Assembly (NCBI GenBank): GCA_038217285.1
Contig: JBBQPO010000186.1
Span: forward strand, 1 to 12,147
Source of the DNA: Chthonomonadales bacterium
GTDB lineage: Bacteria; Armatimonadota; Chthonomonadetes; Chthonomonadales; Chthonomonadaceae
Direction of reading: 5' to 3'
Length of the DNA: 12,147 nucleotides
Made by a program: the position numbers and the translations under genes. The notes under the pieces were generated by a model, which was not told where the DNA came from, did not search any database, and was given only the letters and a program-made list of their open reading frames with translations. Of the stretch, positions 7,238 through 12,147 are shown in pieces. Every line of letters begins with the position of its first letter. Within the stretch, counting starts at the first letter, position 1.

Positions 7238-9600
7238 GCGTTCTCATCACGATAATGCTGGATAAAGACCGGCTTCTGGATGTGCCGAAAGGCGTCGTCT
7301 TGATCGAAAGGGTCGCAGACTACCCACAGGCTTGTCTGGCAGTACGTACGGCCCTGCACAGCCGCAAGCGCATTACCCTTACCGTTCGTCATAAAGCAGT
7401 CGCAACGTGGCTGACCTCTTATGCCCAGGTCTACGGAGATGAGAACGTAAGTATAGCCAGGTATACAGCGCGCGAAGCGTTGGCGGCGAAATGGCAAGTC
7501 TCTCTGCCTGCCGACATATCTGACGCTGATATTATCCAGGCGCGTTTGCTGGATGAGCCTGCGGTTGCACGTGAGGGCCAATCATTTTCAGAGCTTCTCA
7601 TGGCGCACTTCTACAGCCCCCTGTTCAGTTTCCGAACTCTGCCGGTCATGCAATTAGGGGCGTTGCTGGCAGGATACGATGCAGATAAGTGGAAGGCGGC
7701 TTCCAGTCGCCCGCTCGTATCGCGTATCTTGAAAGAGCGACTGAATCAATGGTATGACAGGGCGCAAAACGACGCAGCACGGGCGCTCGTTACAGCGTTC
7801 CGCAACGATCCCCTCGGCCTGCGGAGAGACCTGTGTGCGTTCAAAGTGTTGAAAAGCTATCCTCCGGAAGTCGGGAAGAAGGTGTTGGATGTTAAACTGG
7901 AAGTTTTTCGAAAGGCGAAGGTCGATACGGACGCACTTGATTTAGCCTCTAGCGATCCTCAGTCAGCCACAGAGATAGACTACTATCTGGCGAGCGTGCG
8001 GGGCGACATAAATGGACAAAATGACGTTGAGACCCTTGTGGGGCAAATGAGCGGTTATCTCGACATAGAGTTTCGCTTTATCGAGGCTCTGCTGCGGGAG
8101 CATACCGACTGGATAGCGTTGTCTCTCATCCACCGGATTGAACAGCGTTTCGCCCCCATTTCGTCTCGGGTCGCCAAGCCGCTGGCCGCGCTGCGAAAAC
8201 TCATCCAGCCGCCTTTTCCTGTCCAACCACAGGCCGACTGGGATGCCGATGACTGGCTCCAGTGGGTACAGACCAGCTACATGCCCTACTACGGCTGGCT
8301 GGAGCTTCAGGATAAACAAGACGAGAAGGTAACGGAGTATGCAGTCACGTTCGCCGATTGGTTCTATGAGAATTTTGTCGCCTTGAAGTATGGACAGTAC
8401 AAACGCTTCGCGTTTACCGCGCTTTATCGTGAAAAACCTCGTATCAATACTCAGGATGCTGTCACGCTTGCCCTGATCGTGGACAACTTCAACTATGTGC
8501 ATTTCGAGGACTTGTGCCGCATATTCCAAGCACATGGCATGTCGCTTGCCGCAAGCGAGCCTCTTTTTTCTTTGATACCGACCGCAACCGAAGTCGGAAA
8601 GGCTGCACTGCTCGCTACCAAGGGCGATCTTATCGACCTGCCGACCAACAGTTACCCTGCTCTGGTGGATAAGGAATGGAATCACAGTAGTTCCAATAAA
8701 AAAGCGACCTATCTGGCAAACATCGGCGCGTTGCAGCAACTGTCGGCGCTCAATCATGAGATCTATTTTTTGAACTACCTGCCGATTGATGAGGCGCTCC
8801 ACCAGAACGCGCAGGAGACAGGGCGGCCGCACAGCGAAGTTATCTATGAGCATTTAGGGACGGTAGCAAAAACTGTCGCTGATTTCGCAGGACGTTTCCA
8901 TTTGCAGAAGCGTCTGCAAATCTACGTCCTTTCGGATCATGGCGCGACCCGCATCGCAGAAGCCGCAGTAAATGTACTGGACACGTCGTATTACAAAGGC
9001 ATCGCCGACAAAAATCATCATCGTTATGTCGCCGTCTCCGACGAGAAATTCGCAGATCTCCCACAGGCAGCAGGCCAACAGTGCTATCTAATAGACCGGC
9101 AGAAGTTCAAGACCAACCACAACTATCTTGCGGCACGGCGCTACTATCGCTTCCTGACAACGACCAGCAATTTCTACGTGCATGGAGGACTGACCCCGGA
9201 AGAAGTCGTAGTGCCATTCGCGCGATTCACTTTTGTTCCTGTCATACCGGATGCCCCGACTTACGCTCTGGTCAGCGACCAATTCCGATATTCAGTCAAA
9301 TCGCGTATTCTCATGGAAGTATACAACCCGAACGGCTTTCCCTTGGACAATGTAACGGTGCGGTTGCTGGATGCCGACGCCGAAGAAGTTACCCTGGATA
9401 AGCTCGGCCCGAAAGAGAAGGTCACAGTCGAGTTAACCACAACGTTCCGCAAATCTATCGGTGGTTCCAATACCCGACCCCTCGCAATTAGGGTCAAATA
9501 CAGTTACCAGGGAACAGAGTATTCGGCTCCTGACAAAGAGTTTACGATAACTATGAAAGCCGTCATGGAGGAAAAAGATGACTTTAGCGATATATTCTAG
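7234..9600 (+). CDS. pglZ: BREX PglZ-domain alkaline-phosphatase-superfamily protein, 788 aa
   Basis: Metal/nucleophile motifs LIVDNF, IPTATEVGKAALL, IDEALH, VLSDHG and YVHGGLTPEEVVVP. ATGA overlap with the upstream ORF; GAGGTG RBS; directly followed by brxL. Confidence 0.88.
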   Translation: MSVLITIMLDKDRLLDVPKGVVLIERVADYPQACLAVRTALHSRKRITLTVRHKAVATWLTSYAQVYGDENVSIARYTAREALAAKWQVSLPADISDADIIQARLLDEPAVAREGQSFSELLMAHFYSPLFSFRTLPVMQLGALLAGYDADKWKAASSRPLVSRILKERLNQWYDRAQNDAARALVTAFRNDPLGLRRDLCAFKVLKSYPPEVGKKVLDVKLEVFRKAKVDTDALDLASSDPQSATEIDYYLASVRGDINGQNDVETLVGQMSGYLDIEFRFIEALLREHTDWIALSLIHRIEQRFAPISSRVAKPLAALRKLIQPPFPVQPQADWDADDWLQWVQTSYMPYYGWLELQDKQDEKVTEYAVTFADWFYENFVALKYGQYKRFAFTALYREKPRINTQDAVTLALIVDNFNYVHFEDLCRIFQAHGMSLAASEPLFSLIPTATEVGKAALLATKGDLIDLPTNSYPALVDKEWNHSSSNKKATYLANIGALQQLSALNHEIYFLNYLPIDEALHQNAQETGRPHSEVIYEHLGTVAKTVADFAGRFHLQKRLQIYVLSDHGATRIAEAAVNVLDTSYYKGIADKNHHRYVAVSDEKFADLPQAAGQQCYLIDRQKFKTNHNYLAARRYYRFLTTTSNFYVHGGLTPEEVVVPFARFTFVPVIPDAPTYALVSDQFRYSVKSRILMEVYNPNGFPLDNVTVRLLDADAEEVTLDKLGPKEKVTVELTTTFRKSIGGSNTRPLAIRVKYSYQGTEYSAPDKEFTITMKAVMEEKDDFSDIF

Positions 9601-11026
9601 ATCGGAACGCCTCCCCTTTGAAGAAAAGGCCGTCGAGCATTTTGCCGAGGTCATCATTAACAAATCTCTTATCCATGAGGCTGGCTTTGGCGCACGTGCT
9701 ATCCCTACTTACGTGGGCGAGTGGATTATGTCACGCTATCTCGAAGACGGCGAACTCAGCGACGTTTCCCGCGAAAAAATTGCTCAATTCATTGCCCGTT
9801 TCCTGCCAGCAAAGGGGCAGAAAGACACAGTCAAAGATATCTTGCTCCGTCAGGAAGCGGTCAAATTGCTCGACGATTATAGCGTCACCGTGAACCTGAA
9901 GTCGGGCCAGCGCCAACTCAGAATCCCATTTCTTGACATTAACGACGCAAACTTGACTTCCCTCATTGTGGACCAAAACGCGCTCTTGCTATCGAGTGGA
10001 GTATGGGGAGTGGGCGAACTGTTCTATATTCCGCCCGACGGCTCGGATCGAAAAAAAGGCGAGGTATGGATGCGTGAGTTCCGTCCTTTTCAGGTCGGAA
10101 CGATCGACCTCGAATACTACATTGAGTGCCGCCGGCACTTCACGCTGGACGAGTGGCGTGATCTGCTGGTATCCAGCATGGGTTTCAATCCAGTAATTTA
10201 TACAGATCGCCAGAAAATGTTGTTGATCACGCGAATGCTTCCCTTCGCTGAACCGCGCGTTAACCTAGTAGAACTCGCTCCCAAAGGAACGGGCAAGTCC
10301 TTTGTTTATGACAACCTTTCCCGCTATGCACGTGTTTTGAGCGGCGGCAGGGTGAGCCCTGCGGTTCTGTTTCACAATCTGGCGACGAACGCACCCGGTC
10401 TGGTTACCCGCTATGATGCCATCGTGTTTGACGAGGTCCAGTCTGTTGCCGGAGATACGGCCGGAGAGTTAATCGCAGGTCTAAAAGTATATCTGGAGTC
10501 TGGCCGTTTCTCACGCGGGAACGCAGAAGCGTCAGCGGAGGCCGGACTTGTAATGCTCGGCAATATCAGTATGGACAGCAATCATCAGCCTCTCTATATT
10601 GAACAGAGCCTATTCAAGGAAATTCCGAACTTTTTGCAGGAGACAGCCTTCATAGACCGAATTCATGGGATCATTTCGGGGTGGGAAATGCCTCGCGTTT
10701 CGAAAGAGACGCCTTCACGCAGTCTGGGCTTTAAGGGCGATTTCTTCTCGGAAGTGTTGCATCGCATACGAGGTGAGGTGCGTTACAGCGATTACGTGAA
10801 GACCAACATGCAACTCGACGGGTGTAATGATCTTCGTGACCGCAAAGCCATAGGGCGTCTGGCAACGGCCTATCTCAAACTACTGTTTCCTGACATTAAT
10901 CCGACGCCGGAGGAGTTCCGTATTTATTGTGTAGTGCCTGCGGTGGAACTGCGGCAGCGCGTAAGAGATGAATTACATAAGTTGGATGCTGAGTATTCCT
11001 CCGTGTTCATTCAGGCGCGGTGCTGA
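9578..11026 (+). CDS. brxL: BrxL-family MCM-like AAA+ ATPase lacking the C-terminal Lon protease domain, 482 aa
   Basis: IPTYVGEWI N-terminal motif; NLVELAPKGTGKS (Walker A); IVFDE (Walker B); LKVYLESGRFSRG; AFIDRIHG; RDRKAI; ELRQRVRDEL. GGAGG RBS and a 23-nt overlap with pglZ. Confidence 0.9.
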   Translation: MTLAIYSRSERLPFEEKAVEHFAEVIINKSLIHEAGFGARAIPTYVGEWIMSRYLEDGELSDVSREKIAQFIARFLPAKGQKDTVKDILLRQEAVKLLDDYSVTVNLKSGQRQLRIPFLDINDANLTSLIVDQNALLLSSGVWGVGELFYIPPDGSDRKKGEVWMREFRPFQVGTIDLEYYIECRRHFTLDEWRDLLVSSMGFNPVIYTDRQKMLLITRMLPFAEPRVNLVELAPKGTGKSFVYDNLSRYARVLSGGRVSPAVLFHNLATNAPGLVTRYDAIVFDEVQSVAGDTAGELIAGLKVYLESGRFSRGNAEASAEAGLVMLGNISMDSNHQPLYIEQSLFKEIPNFLQETAFIDRIHGIISGWEMPRVSKETPSRSLGFKGDFFSEVLHRIRGEVRYSDYVKTNMQLDGCNDLRDRKAIGRLATAYLKLLFPDINPTPEEFRIYCVVPAVELRQRVRDELHKLDAEYSSVFIQARC

Positions 11027-11226
11027 GCCTGAAAGAGATCCACGACATGACAACCGGGATGCTGGTCGAACTGCGCCCCTACCTGCCGCAGTTCGCGGGC
11101 AAGTGCCTGCGCCCTACGCCGACCATCAACATTCCCGCCGACTGTCAGGCCGTCGATGTGCCTCTCGACCCTGCTCTCGCCATCGGCAAACGCTTCGGCA
11201 CCCTCATCGAACAGAAGACCGACTGA
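11014..11226 (+). pseudogene. Probable 3' remnant of a family-4 glycoside hydrolase (MelA-like alpha-galactosidase)
   Basis: The frame reads GAVLSLKEIHDMTTGMLVELRPYLPQF..., resembling the GH4 terminal helix (DPLT-AAVLSL.EI..M..EML......LPQF). The preceding DPLT is absent, there is no RBS, and codon usage returns to high GC3 at this point. Confidence 0.6.
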
Positions 11227-11393
11227 ACCCAAAGCTGGTGCAAGAGATCCAAAGTCTACAGCAGCCCTCGGCTCACAACAGGGAGCCGGTCGCTGGAACG
11301 CCCACGTAGGGTCCCGGAAGACCGAGGGGTCGTATAGATTTCAGCAGGCTGACGCGGCCTGATCGCACTCCGGAAGAGACAAGGAATAGGCAA

Positions 11394-11702
11394 ATGAAAA
11401 GGATAGTTCCCGCTCTGTTTTGGTTGGGTCTCTTCGGCCTGAATGCGCATTCAAATGCGCGGGCCGAAGAGACTAGACCGCCGCTGAAGGTGACGGTCGA
11501 AAAGGGTTCGCGTAAGGACGGCTTGACGGTGAAACTGACGGTTCTGAATGCGTCCAAGACTTACCAACTGTTTCAGTCGATCAGCTGCAGTTGGCAGGAT
11601 TTCTGGCAGGCGGATAGCAAGGACGTACTGCTGAGAGGACAAAGCGAGTGTGCAAAGAACTCGCTCTACACGATCGTCCCCCTATGCGTCTATAATATGT
11701 GA
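11394..11702 (+). CDS. Small secreted hypothetical protein, probably 3'-truncated by the adjacent IS
   Basis: Signal peptide MKRIVPALFWLGLFGLNAHSNARA; AGGA RBS; beta-rich mature part with SCSW and ECAKN cysteines. The last codons and the stop fall in the putative IS left end. Confidence 0.6.
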   Translation: MKRIVPALFWLGLFGLNAHSNARAEETRPPLKVTVEKGSRKDGLTVKLTVLNASKTYQLFQSISCSWQDFWQADSKDVLLRGQSECAKNSLYTIVPLCVYNM

Positions 11703-12147
11703 GACCAAAGCCCGCAAGGCTTTACTGTAGTAAATTTAAGGGCGAGAAGGATCCTCTCTAAGATTATGTCTGCTTCTATGATACCAGATGGCCCCAGCGC
11801 CGAAAACGCTCCTCTCTCTCCAAAGCCGCATTTGACCGAGGCCAAGCCGGTTCGACGCCGCTACACTCGCGAAGAGAAACTGCGCATTCTCCGCCTGGTC
11901 GATGCCTGCGCCGAGCGAGGACAGATCGCCGCCATCCTGCGACGAGAAGGCATTTACTACTCCACTCTCAACGACTTCCGAAAACAACAGCAGCAAGGAC
12001 GTCTGGAAAACAAGACCGAGCGTGCAAAGCTGCACAACCACGACAACGACAATGAACTCGCCCGCTTGCGACGCGAAAACGCACGCCTGCAACACAGGCT
12101 CGAAAAAGCCGAGCTCATCATCGACGTCCAAAAAAAAGTGTCGCACC
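11681..12147 (+). mobile_element. Left part of an IS3-family insertion sequence (left boundary approximate)
   Basis: An AT-richer leader containing TGCGTCTATAATATGTGAGAC precedes an IS3-type orfA. The right end is outside the window, so the IR and target duplication cannot be confirmed. Confidence 0.7.
11766..12147 (+). CDS. IS3-family transposase OrfA (HTH plus leucine zipper), partial at the window end
   Basis: Manual translation from ATG 11766: MSASMIPDGPSAENAPLSPKPHLTEAKPVRRRYTREEKLRILRLVDACAERGQIAAILRREGIYYSTLNDFRKQ...ELARLRRENARLQHRLEKAELIIDVQKKVSH. Shows the HTH_Tnp_1-type pattern and a coiled coil, with an A8G run at 12130-12138. Confidence 0.88.
   Translation, partial: MSASMIPDGPSAENAPLSPKPHLTEAKPVRRRYTREEKLRILRLVDACAERGQIAAILRREGIYYSTLNDFRKQQQQGRLENKTERAKLHNHDNDNELARLRRENARLQHRLEKAELIIDVQKKVSH

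Noticed and set aside
7963-8853. 296-aa minus-strand ORF
   Set aside because: Lies wholly antisense to pglZ, including its catalytic motifs, with no independent signal.
11227-11393. Short hairpins (CGGCTC/GAGCCG, CAGGC/GCCTG) in the spacer
   Set aside because: Stems of 5-6 bp are expected by chance at this GC content, with no U-tract or known RNA motif.
11736-12146. 136-aa minus-strand ORF with a poly-Val stretch
   Set aside because: Antisense to the IS3 orfA. The poly-Val mirrors the low-complexity CAC-AAC-CAC-GAC-AAC-GAC codons of orfA.
1-12147. CRISPR array, tRNA/rRNA, integrase or att direct repeats bounding the island
   Set aside because: No regularly spaced repeats, RNA-gene signatures, integrase ORF or matching direct repeats at about 3550 and 11013 were seen by eye.

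Overview
The window holds two GC-rich host-like genes (a secreted alpha/beta-hydrolase of the prolyl-oligopeptidase type and a Gfo/Idh/MocA oxidoreductase), followed by a visibly lower-GC, partly decayed anti-phage defence island at about 3554-11013. In order, the island contains: a short Vsr-like 3' remnant, an intact C5-cytosine DNA methyltransferase, a 3'-truncated putative restriction endonuclease, a 226-bp non-coding foldback element, a 5'-truncated BrxC-like gene, an intact-looking pglZ, and a short brxL with no Lon domain. The foldback element has perfect 15-bp terminal inverted repeats and concentric internal repeats, and it sits exactly at the junction between the broken R-M operon and the broken BREX type-4-like operon. 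Right of the island are a probable GH4 alpha-galactosidase 3' remnant, a small secreted-protein gene apparently cut by an IS3-family element, and the start of that IS (orfA, running off the window and absent from the ORF track). All family assignments come from motif recognition by eye; no database search was run.
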